DNA from: Candidatus Thorarchaeota archaeon
Lineage (GTDB): Archaea; Asgardarchaeota; Thorarchaeia; Thorarchaeales; Thorarchaeaceae
Assembly (NCBI GenBank): GCA_003345595.1
Contig: PRDI01000064.1
Span: 1 to 57,530 of the forward strand
Length of the DNA: 57,530 bases
Direction: 5' to 3'
Shown: positions 39,739 through 48,168 of the stretch, piece by piece
Layout of the letters: every line of letters begins with the position of its first letter
How positions within the stretch are numbered: position 1 is the stretch's first letter
Translations under genes and position numbers: made by a program
The notes under the pieces: model-generated
Database searches by the model: none
What the model was told of the DNA's origin: nothing
The model's input: only the letters and a program-made list of their open reading frames with translations

Positions 39739-40049
39739 ATCATCCCTCGGCCTGTGTCATTGCTTTCCCCGTGGAAGTCCGTTGAGCAGACGTCATAAGT
39801 AATACACATAGAGTTGCAGACTGAACGCCGTTGCTGTTTCCTTCGGCATCATTCGTTTCACCCCAAGAACATGACAGATGTCATAGCGGCGACGATGAGT
39901 TGCTTTCTACATACTGCTGACGTACTTGATGTCTAATATCCTGGATGTCTTCCTCATACGAGATGAGAAAAGGATGCTGCGGGCCCGAACAGTTAATAGG
40001 ATGACCATGGTCTGTGGATGCGCATAGCCTCAGTTGGAGAATGTAGGCT

Positions 40050-41333
40050 TTGGATCTCGCGGGCACACTTGTTGTTGTCGTTTTCGTGATCACATATGCA
40101 GCGATAACCTCGGAGAAGGTCAATCGCACTGCGATGTCGCTCACTGGAATGGCAATCGTGGCAATCATCCTGCGGATCCTAACAGGGACTACATTCGAAG
40201 AAATCACCCATCACATAGGATGGTACACAGTCCTTTTCGTCACGGGTCAAATGATTATCGTTGCTGTGTCGCGAGCTTCAGGTATGTTTCAATACCTTGC
40301 ATTGGCCCTCGCCAGACCGACTCGCGGCAATCCACGCCGCCTCTTCATTACCCTTATCGTATTCGTGTTCTTCATCTCTCTATTCTTCGATACAACATCC
40401 ACAATGGTGATCATCGGACCCCTGACGATTGAAGTGTGTAAGGCCCTGGGTATGGACTTCAAGCCTCTACTTATTTCAGAGGCCATAGTTGCCAACTACG
40501 CCTCCATACCGTCAGTGGTCGGGGATGTGCCCAACCTCGTAATAGCTGGTGTGACAAGAATCAACCCCGGATTCCAGTTCGTCGCTTTGATGCCGCTCTC
40601 CTTCATATTCCTCGCGTTATCACTGCCGCTGATGCTTCGCTATGCAGAGCGCTCTCTGGAAGGACAGGACTTCGCAAAGGCCGAAGAGCTGTTCAGGGTT
40701 AATCCCGCGTCACTAGTGCGGTCCCGCATCGAATTCTACATGTCCGTTGTGGCTATGATAGTCCTAATCTTGGCCTTCACGATAGGAGTTGCCGAGGGCG
40801 TGGAAGCTAGCTTGGTGTCGATTGGCATCGCTGGAGTGATGCTGCTCGTCACTCGACATGACGTCGACATGGTCCTGCGCCAGGTGGGGTGGGGCACGGT
40901 CTTCTTCATCATCGGTCTTTTTGGGATTGTTGCGGCTCTTGAGATTACCGGAGTCATCGCCGATATTGCCGCTTGGATGAGCACAGTCGTAGGAACGGAC
41001 AAGGCACTAGCTACACTGTTCATGTTCTGGATTCCAGGGTTGGTGTCCTCTGTTGTCGACAATGTGCCGATTGCCGCTCTGTTGTCACCGCTTGCCGTCG
41101 AATTCGCAGCGATGGGCCCGGTGATCCCTCTTGCATTGGTTACTGGTGTCAACATCGGAGCATTCATCCTGCCCGTAGGCTCTCCTGCAAACATAATTGC
41201 CCTTGCGCTATCAGAAACCGAGGGAGACCCGATTGGCATGGTCGCCTTTGCAAAGGCAGCGACGCCGATTGCCATCCTCATGATGCTTGTGGGCACAGGC
41301 TGGTTGCTTATGTTGTCGTTCGTGTTCGGCTAA
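40050..41333 (+). CDS. ArsB/NhaD-superfamily (CitMHS-like) ion/anion permease
   Basis: About 427 aa with 10-12 TM helices and an internal two-fold repeat. The glycine-rich hairpin segments are typical of the IT superfamily. Confidence 0.65.
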   Translation: MDLAGTLVVVVFVITYAAITSEKVNRTAMSLTGMAIVAIILRILTGTTFEEITHHIGWYTVLFVTGQMIIVAVSRASGMFQYLALALARPTRGNPRRLFITLIVFVFFISLFFDTTSTMVIIGPLTIEVCKALGMDFKPLLISEAIVANYASIPSVVGDVPNLVIAGVTRINPGFQFVALMPLSFIFLALSLPLMLRYAERSLEGQDFAKAEELFRVNPASLVRSRIEFYMSVVAMIVLILAFTIGVAEGVEASLVSIGIAGVMLLVTRHDVDMVLRQVGWGTVFFIIGLFGIVAALEITGVIADIAAWMSTVVGTDKALATLFMFWIPGLVSSVVDNVPIAALLSPLAVEFAAMGPVIPLALVTGVNIGAFILPVGSPANIIALALSETEGDPIGMVAFAKAATPIAILMMLVGTGWLLMLSFVFG

Positions 41334-41444
41334 GATGATGACAGTCGATGATTCGCACAGAAGAAATTCCTTCACCATGATTGAAGGAGCAGCCACTCAC
41401 GGGAAATGTCAACGCGCAATTCCTGAATGGTGCATTTGTATTCG

Positions 41445-41744
41445 TCAGACCGTGCGACCGCTCTCAGATTCGTTCTTGCGCGTTTGGGACTGTGTCTTCT
41501 TTGGAACACTCTCAATCTCCTCAAAGCGTCTACGCATACAGTCCTTGATGAACTCAGGAAATGAGGAGTATCCTAATCTGTACTCCTGGTTTTTCCTCTC
41601 CCACTTGGTCTTGAGGTCCTCAGGAATCTTGACACTAAGATGCCTTGTCACATTCATAGAAGCGTGAGGGTGTCGTGATAACCTTTGCCATCCCTCAGAA
41701 GGTACACTCAACGAAGATTCGATTTCTCGCTGGATGCTAATCAC
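41445..41744 (-). CDS. Small putative ribbon-helix-helix-like regulator or hypothetical
   Basis: 99 aa. The segment KIPEDLKTKWERKNQEY...FPEFIKDCMRRRFEE is basic and helical. Weak. Confidence 0.35.
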   Translation of the reverse strand: MISIQREIESSLSVPSEGWQRLSRHPHASMNVTRHLSVKIPEDLKTKWERKNQEYRLGYSSFPEFIKDCMRRRFEEIESVPKKTQSQTRKNESESGRTV

Positions 41745-41947
41745 CTAATGCAATCGTTGTCAAGCCAAAAACCCAAAGGCAGATCTAGCTTGCCTTTCCG
41801 GTGCGCCCGCCTATATCCATGGCTCCCTTATATGGCAAACGCTAAAAGGAAGAGCACCCGGCTAGAGTGCAGACTGGACATCGCAGTACTGCGTGTTCAG
41901 AAGTGTAGAGTCGAGGATATTACTTACCAAGGAAGAGGTGTGTTCTA

Positions 41948-42352
41948 ATGTCAGAACCCAAACGCTACTTCAAGGGAGATGATTTGGATAAGGCCATTGA
42001 CTGGCTCAAGGAGAACATACAGAGTGCCGACGTCACAGTTGAAGTCGAAGGGACTCTGCTGGAAACGGGCGCAAAGGTGTCGTTTAGCGGCCTTGTAATA
42101 GACGCAGAGAATGGATTTGGCAAGACGGACAAAGTCATCGTCCGGCTCGACAAGAAGCCGCGGTGGACAAGCGAACAGATGGTAGCTATCGGAAAACCGG
42201 ATGTCAAGAAAGATGATGCCGAAATCGCCACGGAAGAGGTGTTCTTCAGACTCAAGACAAGAGGCGAGCATCCGGCAAGAAGAGCGAGTCATGAGCCCGA
42301 GCACAGACGCACTACTCGTCGCAGTGAGCATCACGACCATCATGATGACTGA
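41948..42352 (+). CDS. Hypothetical protein with a His/Asp/Arg-rich tail (HEPEHRRTTRRSEHHDHHDD)
   Basis: A 134-aa ORF followed 55 bp downstream by a GC hairpin and T-tract. Confidence 0.45.
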   Translation: MSEPKRYFKGDDLDKAIDWLKENIQSADVTVEVEGTLLETGAKVSFSGLVIDAENGFGKTDKVIVRLDKKPRWTSEQMVAIGKPDVKKDDAEIATEEVFFRLKTRGEHPARRASHEPEHRRTTRRSEHHDHHDD

Positions 42353-42404
42353 TGATCTCATGTGAATGTCAATCTTGCCACAGCCTTCACGACTGAAAGT
42401 TGCT

Positions 42405-42446
42405 GGCGGAGTCACGTTTTGCGTCCGCCGCAACCTTTTCTTTTGG
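42405..42446 (+). terminator. Hairpin (GGCGGA-13 nt-TCCGCC) followed by a CTTTTCTTTTGG T-tract, a terminator candidate for the 41948..42352 gene
   Basis: Read directly from the sequence. Archaeal termination commonly uses oligo-T tracts. Confidence 0.35.
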
Positions 42447-42563
42447 CTTGCCTTACTCTCGCAGCGTTTCCGTTTTGTCTGTGGATCAGAGGCACCTTAC
42501 TCTGAGCAGGCTAGGCAACAGGCGCGATCGGCATTCAGCTGTCCTCATGATTGCGATGAACGT

Positions 42564-43112
42564 CTATCTCTTGATATGAGACCATGGTAGAGGTTGGGGG
42601 GTTGACTGAATGAATCTGCAAATGACCTCCCGAATGCCTTCGGGGTTATGGACAGATTTGAACACAAGTGCCGGTTCATTAGGACTGCCCATCTTGAAAA
42701 CCCGAACATCTCCCATCAAAGCAGGTTTTTCGTCTGCACTAATCGAGGTCTGAACGGACAGAATCTCGTCATAGAATACCCGAGTGGTTGTCCTTGTTAT
42801 GATTCCTCTGCGGATCCTTAGGTTCCATGTAGTAATGATGTAGAGCGTGAACCTTCTCTTGACTTCAATCAACGTGACAATAACAGCACCAGTAAACAAT
42901 GCTGTCATTCCGAGGATCCATGCGGGCATGTCTTGAATCACGAATCCCGCCGCCGTTGTCACATTCGACAGGAGCCCAATCCCTGATACAACTCCCGCGA
43001 TCACGTAGTAGATGAGGAATGCGGCCCTCTTGGTATAGATGATTGAGATGAGTTTCTCTCTCTTCTCGACGGGAAGATCACAGACAGGCTCTGCACCAGT
43101 CATCGAGGCCAC
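42564..43112 (-). CDS. Membrane-anchored bacterial-type PH domain (bPH_2/YdbT-like) protein
   Basis: Two N-terminal TM helices followed by an about 100-aa beta-rich domain. This matches the DUF304/bPH_2 architecture. Confidence 0.45.
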   Translation of the reverse strand: MASMTGAEPVCDLPVEKREKLISIIYTKRAAFLIYYVIAGVVSGIGLLSNVTTAAGFVIQDMPAWILGMTALFTGAVIVTLIEVKRRFTLYIITTWNLRIRRGIITRTTTRVFYDEILSVQTSISADEKPALMGDVRVFKMGSPNEPALVFKSVHNPEGIREVICRFIQSTPQPLPWSHIKR

Positions 43113-43284
43113 GTGACAAAGGCCTATCGGTCATTCTTAATAAGTTGCCGTCGGGGATTCCTAGCCAAAGCGCTAGGATTTGCCGTCGACAGCCGCCAAC
43201 GGAAAAGAAGAAGGTGCCCGGGAGTGATCATACCGGGCATCAACTGATGACATACTGTTAGGGCTCATAGGACTCGGACTGAAC

Positions 43285-43725
43285 TCAGGAGGGATATATT
43301 TCCCATAGCGTGTCACATGCATGTACGACGTGATTGATGAGCTGCTGCACTTCCTGAGAGGTGAGGTCAGTGTCGTTGGTTTCTGAGATGACTATGATGT
43401 CGTCGTCATTATCAATCCCATACTTGACACCATTGGCCTTCCAAGACTCCTTGAGCATGTCGTAGAGGAACTTCTGCTTCACAGACTCCTCAACCTGGTT
43501 TACGCTAGTGAATGGAGCAACTATGTAGACCCACGACTCGTCATTGTTGGTGACGATCTTCACCTTGAGGTCCTCGAAATGATCTGTCTTCCAACGCATC
43601 GTTATGACTTTCGGGTCTCGGCTGTACTTTATCCCAACACTCTTCAGCAAACCTTCAACAGTGTCCAGAATGGCCATCACGAATACCTCTTGGAGGTGGT
43701 TTCCTCCGACGTTGTATATTAACAT
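43285..43725 (-). CDS. YbjN-like (T3SS-chaperone-like fold) putative sensory-transduction regulator
   Basis: About 140 aa, acidic, with an alpha/beta pattern (WKTDHFEDLKVKIVTNNDESWVYIVAPF...) typical of the YbjN domain. Tentative. Confidence 0.4.
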   Translation of the reverse strand: MLIYNVGGNHLQEVFVMAILDTVEGLLKSVGIKYSRDPKVITMRWKTDHFEDLKVKIVTNNDESWVYIVAPFTSVNQVEESVKQKFLYDMLKESWKANGVKYGIDNDDDIIVISETNDTDLTSQEVQQLINHVVHACDTLWEIYPS

Positions 43726-43825
43726 GCTTGGGATGGGCCAATCCTGCCATACATGTGGCTCGTGCGTGGGTCCTCGACTGAATAGGTTGTGAATCCTTAT
43801 ATCGATTGGTTCGGAATGATATACT

Positions 43826-44740
43826 GTGCCCCAATTCTGGGGAAAAGAGCGCCGAGGTCGGAGTATGCAGGATCTTGCTGCACTTGCAGTGCTGATGTGG
43901 CAGGTTTCACTTGGAATCTTCCTGTTTGGGCTGTTCTACACTTTCGGCTTGTTCGCACTTGGTCACGTCTTCTCGGTCATTGGAGAGGCTGGAGGAGAAC
44001 ACGAAGTTGACCACGACATAGACCACGACATAGACCATGACATAGACCACGACATAGACCACGACATAGACCACGACATAGACCATGACGTAGACCATGA
44101 CATAGACCATGACGTAGACCATGACGTAGACCATGACGTAGACCACGGTATCGATCACGATGTCGACCATGATGTTAGTCATGATGCGGATTATGGCGTC
44201 GACCAAGATACTGAGACTGACCATGATGTTGGCGTGGAGCACGATGTAGAACATGGGGGCGAGTCAGGTTTCTTCGAAACGTCAGGCGGAGCACCAATGG
44301 GAGTTACGATCGGCACATCGCTCGTCACGTTCGGGTTCTTTGGCGCTGTGCTGTACTATGAGGGGCTTGCTCTGCCGCTTCCGTTGAAGGCCCTGCTACA
44401 CATTTCTACTACCGTGCTCATCGTCTACTCAATTCGGGCACTTCTGTCAAAGGTGCTTGTAGAGTCGGGTTTCATGATTCAGCCTCGTCACATAGTCGGC
44501 CATCAAGTAGAAGCGGTTTCTACAGTCAGAGATGACTTTGGCGAGATACGAGCGGAGACCGAAATGGGCCTCAGGCGTTTTCTGGCCCGGCCGTTTGTGA
44601 AGGGTGGGTTGTTCCAGAAGGGCACTACCCTCTATGTGGTTTCTGCGGACGAGAAATTCGTCTACGTTGATCCTAGAAAGGACGTTGCCCGCTCGCAGCA
44701 GAAGCAGAGTGGTAGAGCCGGACCCGACGAGAAGAAGTAG
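43826..44740 (+). CDS. NfeD-like membrane protein (short NfeD: N-terminal TM helices plus C-terminal OB-fold) carrying an internal (Asp-His-Asp-Ile/Val)n repeat insert of about 80 aa
   Basis: N-terminal hydrophobic helices, then the repeat block, another TM pair, and a C-terminal beta-rich domain (…HIVGHQVEAVSTVRDDFGEIRAETEMGLRRFLARPFVKGGLFQKGTTLYVVSADEKFVYV) typical of the NfeD OB-fold. It lies immediately upstream of an SPFH/flotillin gene, the canonical NfeD-SPFH arrangement. Confidence 0.65.
   Translation: MPQFWGKERRGRSMQDLAALAVLMWQVSLGIFLFGLFYTFGLFALGHVFSVIGEAGGEHEVDHDIDHDIDHDIDHDIDHDIDHDIDHDVDHDIDHDVDHDVDHDVDHGIDHDVDHDVSHDADYGVDQDTETDHDVGVEHDVEHGGESGFFETSGGAPMGVTIGTSLVTFGFFGAVLYYEGLALPLPLKALLHISTTVLIVYSIRALLSKVLVESGFMIQPRHIVGHQVEAVSTVRDDFGEIRAETEMGLRRFLARPFVKGGLFQKGTTLYVVSADEKFVYVDPRKDVARSQQKQSGRAGPDEKK
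44009..44250 (+). repeat. In-frame tandem repeat with unit GACCACGACATA (DHDI). About 13 near-perfect copies are followed by about 7 degenerate copies encoding DHDV/DHGI/SHDA...
   Basis: Directly visible in the sequence at 44009-44250. The period is 12 bp, with synonymous and conservative drift at the distal end. Confidence 0.95.
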
Positions 44741-45150
44741 AGCGGCTTGTCGCTACTTGCACGCTAGTCAACTACCTCCGTTTCCGAGTTCCCATGTGAT
44801 GTTGTCAGTCACAATGATATTACGTTCTGACGAAGCGGCTCGGTAACGGGACCAATGCTAGATTACGCCAAAAAGACCTGCAGAAGTCTATGCCATTCCT
44901 GCGCAGCTTTATATCTTTTTGATTCGAGCTGTTCTCAGTGCGTCCGGTCTGCATGACCTAATAATATCCCGGATGCTCAGAGCAGGGGATTGCCATGTCC
45001 AACATGGTTGATGAGGCAGGGTTGCTTGGCACCGATGACTTGGTTGAATGGGTCTCATTTCGACAGAATGAGGCCGAATGGGACCAAGACCAGGGAGGGC
45101 AGTGGACCAGGGGGCACTGAAACCAACAACAAACGGATGTCGGCTAAGAT

Positions 45151-46491
45151 ATGCAAGATGTGTTCAGCTGGATATGGCAGAATCCCGCAGTTTCTATTCC
45201 AATCTTCGGGATTCTGGCTCTTCTTCTACTGTTGCTCTACATCAAGAAGTACGTGCGCATTTACGACCCAAATATCTTCTATGTGCATCTCCGAAAAGGG
45301 AAGGCCAAGAAGCAGGGCGAGGGCGGCATGGTCATCAGAGTGCCGTTCTTCGATAGGATTCTCGCTGTTGACAGGACAGTTCAGCAGCTGAACATCAGTG
45401 CAGAATCAGTGCTCTCCAAAGAGAAGCAGAAAATCAAGCTCAACGCCGTGCTTCAGTGGCAGGCGGAGAACGCTATCGCGACGATAAACAACGTCAAGTG
45501 GAGCGAGATACCGCCAAGACTGACCGCAATCATTGAGTCTGTCATACGAACAGCGTGTGCTCAGCTATCTGTTGAAGAGATACTGATGGAACGCCAGAAG
45601 ATCATTGAGGCAATCAAGAAGGAGCTCATAGACATCGTGAGCGAGTGGGGGCTCAAGGTCGTCACCGTCGAAATTGTAGATGTGACAGTTGTAAATGACT
45701 CGTTCCTGCGCGACATGGCAAAGCCCCGTGAAGCAGAGATGCACCGACTGGCACAGATTGCGCTCATAGATGCTGACCAGTCCACAGGCACTAAGGACAT
45801 TGAAAGGACTCGAGTACTTCGTGAGAAGGAGATTGATCGGGACAAGCTAGTTGGTGTCCAAGAACAGGCACAGATGAGGGCTATCCAGGAGTCAGAGAAG
45901 CAACGTGAACAGAGCGTTCTGGAGATCGAGCTCCAGAAGGAGCTGATGAGGAAACGCTACGAGAAGCAGCAGGCAGAAGTCGAAGCCAGCAAGTCGTTAG
46001 AAGTGGCGAAGCTGCTCGCTGAAGGTGAGCGGGAGCGCAAGGTTAGACAAGAGGTGGAGGTAGATGCACAGCGCATCCTACGGGAGGCTCAGGCTCATGC
46101 TGAGCAGATCACTATGGTCGCAACGGCTGAGGCGGAAAGAACCTTGAAGGTCACTAGCGCTCAAGCGGAAGGTATCAAGAAGACGCTTGCGGCCGCGAGA
46201 GACTACACACCACAGGCCTTCGCAAGGGACTTCCTGCAGATGCTGCCGGAGATCTATGAACACGTCAAGATTGGTGACGTGACTCTGTTTGGAGGCGGCG
46301 GCGGTGCCGCAGGAGATGGCGGCGAGAGTACAGGAAGCGGCGGAGGAGCTTTCGGCGTCTATGGCAACGTCTTGCTGCCAATGATGCTGATGGCTCGGAT
46401 GATGGGCTTCGACTTCAAAGGCCTGATGAAGGGCGCTCTTGGACAGATGGCCACTGTCGAGGATGAGGGGGATAAGTCGAAGAAGGCGTGA
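45151..46491 (+). CDS. Flotillin-like SPFH/band-7 protein
   Basis: N-terminal membrane hairpin, an SPFH core (…MVIRVPFFDRILAVDRTVQQLNISAESVLSKEKQKIKLNAVLQWQ…), a long Glu/Ala/Arg/Lys coiled-coil (flotillin repeat) and a Gly-rich tail. Length is 446 aa. Confidence 0.85.
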   Translation: MQDVFSWIWQNPAVSIPIFGILALLLLLLYIKKYVRIYDPNIFYVHLRKGKAKKQGEGGMVIRVPFFDRILAVDRTVQQLNISAESVLSKEKQKIKLNAVLQWQAENAIATINNVKWSEIPPRLTAIIESVIRTACAQLSVEEILMERQKIIEAIKKELIDIVSEWGLKVVTVEIVDVTVVNDSFLRDMAKPREAEMHRLAQIALIDADQSTGTKDIERTRVLREKEIDRDKLVGVQEQAQMRAIQESEKQREQSVLEIELQKELMRKRYEKQQAEVEASKSLEVAKLLAEGERERKVRQEVEVDAQRILREAQAHAEQITMVATAEAERTLKVTSAQAEGIKKTLAAARDYTPQAFARDFLQMLPEIYEHVKIGDVTLFGGGGGAAGDGGESTGSGGGAFGVYGNVLLPMMLMARMMGFDFKGLMKGALGQMATVEDEGDKSKKA

Positions 46492-46586
46492 TCCGTAAAT
46501 GGGTCACCCGTGGGCCCACAGGTCCGGGATGATAACCCGGCTCGTGGGCCCTTGCACCGGTTGTTTGAAGTCAACTGCGCGTATCG

Positions 46587-48107
46587 ATGGCAACCGTTTC
46601 AATAGCTGCTCTAAGACTTATATGGCTCTCCAGTAAACTGCATGAAGGCGTTCCTGTGACCATGAAGCTAAAGGAGGTTTCAAGGGTGCAGCTCCTGTCG
46701 GAGGCTTACAGTCTTTATGTGAGACAACGGCCTCAGGGGAGTGCCCAAGTCTTCTCCTTGGACTATGCTGACAAGCTCAAAATCTACGATACATCAGGTT
46801 CCGTCAAGTCCTCCACCAATTGGAGTAGTAAGGTCCGCTGCATTGCTGTCGGTGATGTTGAGGGTGAGGGGGACGACGCTCTGGTTGGAGGCATAGCGAA
46901 CAGGGTGGTTGTTGTAGATCGTGTGGGAAAGCCAATATGGAAGATTGAACTCGAAAGTGATGTTGTCGGCTGCGATGCGCGCGATGTCGACGGGGACGAT
47001 GCCGCCGAGATTGCTGTTGCCCTGGAGAACAAACGGATCATTCTTTGGAACGATGACAAGACAGCCCTCTTTAGCCGCGTCATGGATAATCCAGTTGCAG
47101 ACATTTGGCTTGAGGAAATGACAGGAAGCCCAGAACTGGAAGTGGTGGTAGCAGATCGCAAGGGTAACCTCGTTATCCTGACCGCGGCCGGGTACGAAAT
47201 AAGGCGTATGAAGCTCGGAAACGATCTGAGAGTCTTTGCTGTCTTATCCTTTGGCAGCAGGAAGCTTTTCGTGACTGGAGAGAACTCAAATGCACTGAAG
47301 GTGTGGGATATCGACGGGTCTGAGACAGGGTCAATCGAACTCTCCGGGAAACCTAGAGCCCTTGCCACTGGGTCACTTGGTGGCATTTCAGACATGGCTT
47401 ACCTTGTCGTGAGCACAGATGACAAGAAGCTCAGCTTCTGGCAAATCCAAGACACAGACAAGCCGAGTAGACAGGAAAAAGTGACACTCCAGCAAATGGA
47501 GTCAACGAGAACTACAATCTACAAACGTGCCATCAAGTGTGGCAATTGCGGTGCACCCGCCTTGCCTGAAGCCAAGAGATGCGGATCGTGTGGGGCCATC
47601 TTGGAGATCTCGGCAGAGTACAAGATTGAGGAGTTTGTGAAAGAATGCATCGACTCCGTCATGTCTAGACATGAGAGAATCAAACTGAAAGACCTGGATC
47701 GCATCCTGAGAAGGACACTGCCCAAGCCAGTGCCTTACAACTTGCGGATGAATCTTCAGACAATGATTGAAACGGGTGACATTGATGGCTACATCGAAGG
47801 CAACACGTTCGTCCGCGCCCAAGAGACCGAACTGCGGAAGGAGGATCTTCCGACCACGGAGGCCGTCGAAAACATACCCGACGTGCTTATGTCTCTCCTT
47901 AAGGGGGAGCAGAGATTCGAGATTGACGTTCTTGAGAGTAGGACAGGCGTTCCCAGGAAAGTCTTGAGGCATACCTTGATGATACTTCTCGGGGAAGGGC
48001 TTGTTGAGGGCTACTTTTCAGGTGATGAATTCGTGCTTAATCAAAAACAGGACGCGCAGGAGTTCGTTAGAAGGCTGGAGAGTGAGCTGACGGAGCTGAG
48101 TAGTTGA
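46587..48107 (+). CDS. Beta-propeller (FG-GAP/PQQ-like repeats), C4 zinc-ribbon, tandem winged-helix protein
   Basis: About 300 aa of repeated hydrophobic-strand/Asp-Gly-Asp blades (IAVGDVEGEGDDALVGG..., DVDGDDAAEIAV..., VVVADRKGNLVIL...). Then CGNCGAPALPEAKRCGSCGAIL. Two C-terminal about 70-aa wH-like units follow. Confidence 0.55.
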   Translation: MATVSIAALRLIWLSSKLHEGVPVTMKLKEVSRVQLLSEAYSLYVRQRPQGSAQVFSLDYADKLKIYDTSGSVKSSTNWSSKVRCIAVGDVEGEGDDALVGGIANRVVVVDRVGKPIWKIELESDVVGCDARDVDGDDAAEIAVALENKRIILWNDDKTALFSRVMDNPVADIWLEEMTGSPELEVVVADRKGNLVILTAAGYEIRRMKLGNDLRVFAVLSFGSRKLFVTGENSNALKVWDIDGSETGSIELSGKPRALATGSLGGISDMAYLVVSTDDKKLSFWQIQDTDKPSRQEKVTLQQMESTRTTIYKRAIKCGNCGAPALPEAKRCGSCGAILEISAEYKIEEFVKECIDSVMSRHERIKLKDLDRILRRTLPKPVPYNLRMNLQTMIETGDIDGYIEGNTFVRAQETELRKEDLPTTEAVENIPDVLMSLLKGEQRFEIDVLESRTGVPRKVLRHTLMILLGEGLVEGYFSGDEFVLNQKQDAQEFVRRLESELTELSS

Positions 48108-48168
48108 AGGTGAATGAGATAGCACGACAGAAGCTTCGCGGTGCGTCGACAAGTATAGGGGTGGACTA

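Noticed and set aside
40010-40075. tRNA-like D-arm sequence (TAGCCTCAGTTGGAGAAT)
   Set aside because: No T-psi-C arm consensus or acceptor pairing. The segment is the start of the ArsB-like CDS.
40736-41296. 186-aa minus-strand ORF
   Set aside because: Antisense within the permease gene, which has coherent TM topology on the plus strand.
44009-44250. Possible CRISPR or minisatellite
   Set aside because: The repeats are 12 bp and contiguous with no spacers. They are in-frame inside a CDS, so they are not a CRISPR array.
43907-44254. Minus-strand ORF encoding (VYVM)n
   Set aside because: Mirror-image translation of the DHDI-encoding 12-bp repeat. The plus frame is continuous with NfeD-like flanking domains.
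46784-47395. 203-aa minus-strand ORF
   Set aside because: Antisense to the beta-propeller gene. Ser/Thr/Pro-rich and not protein-like.
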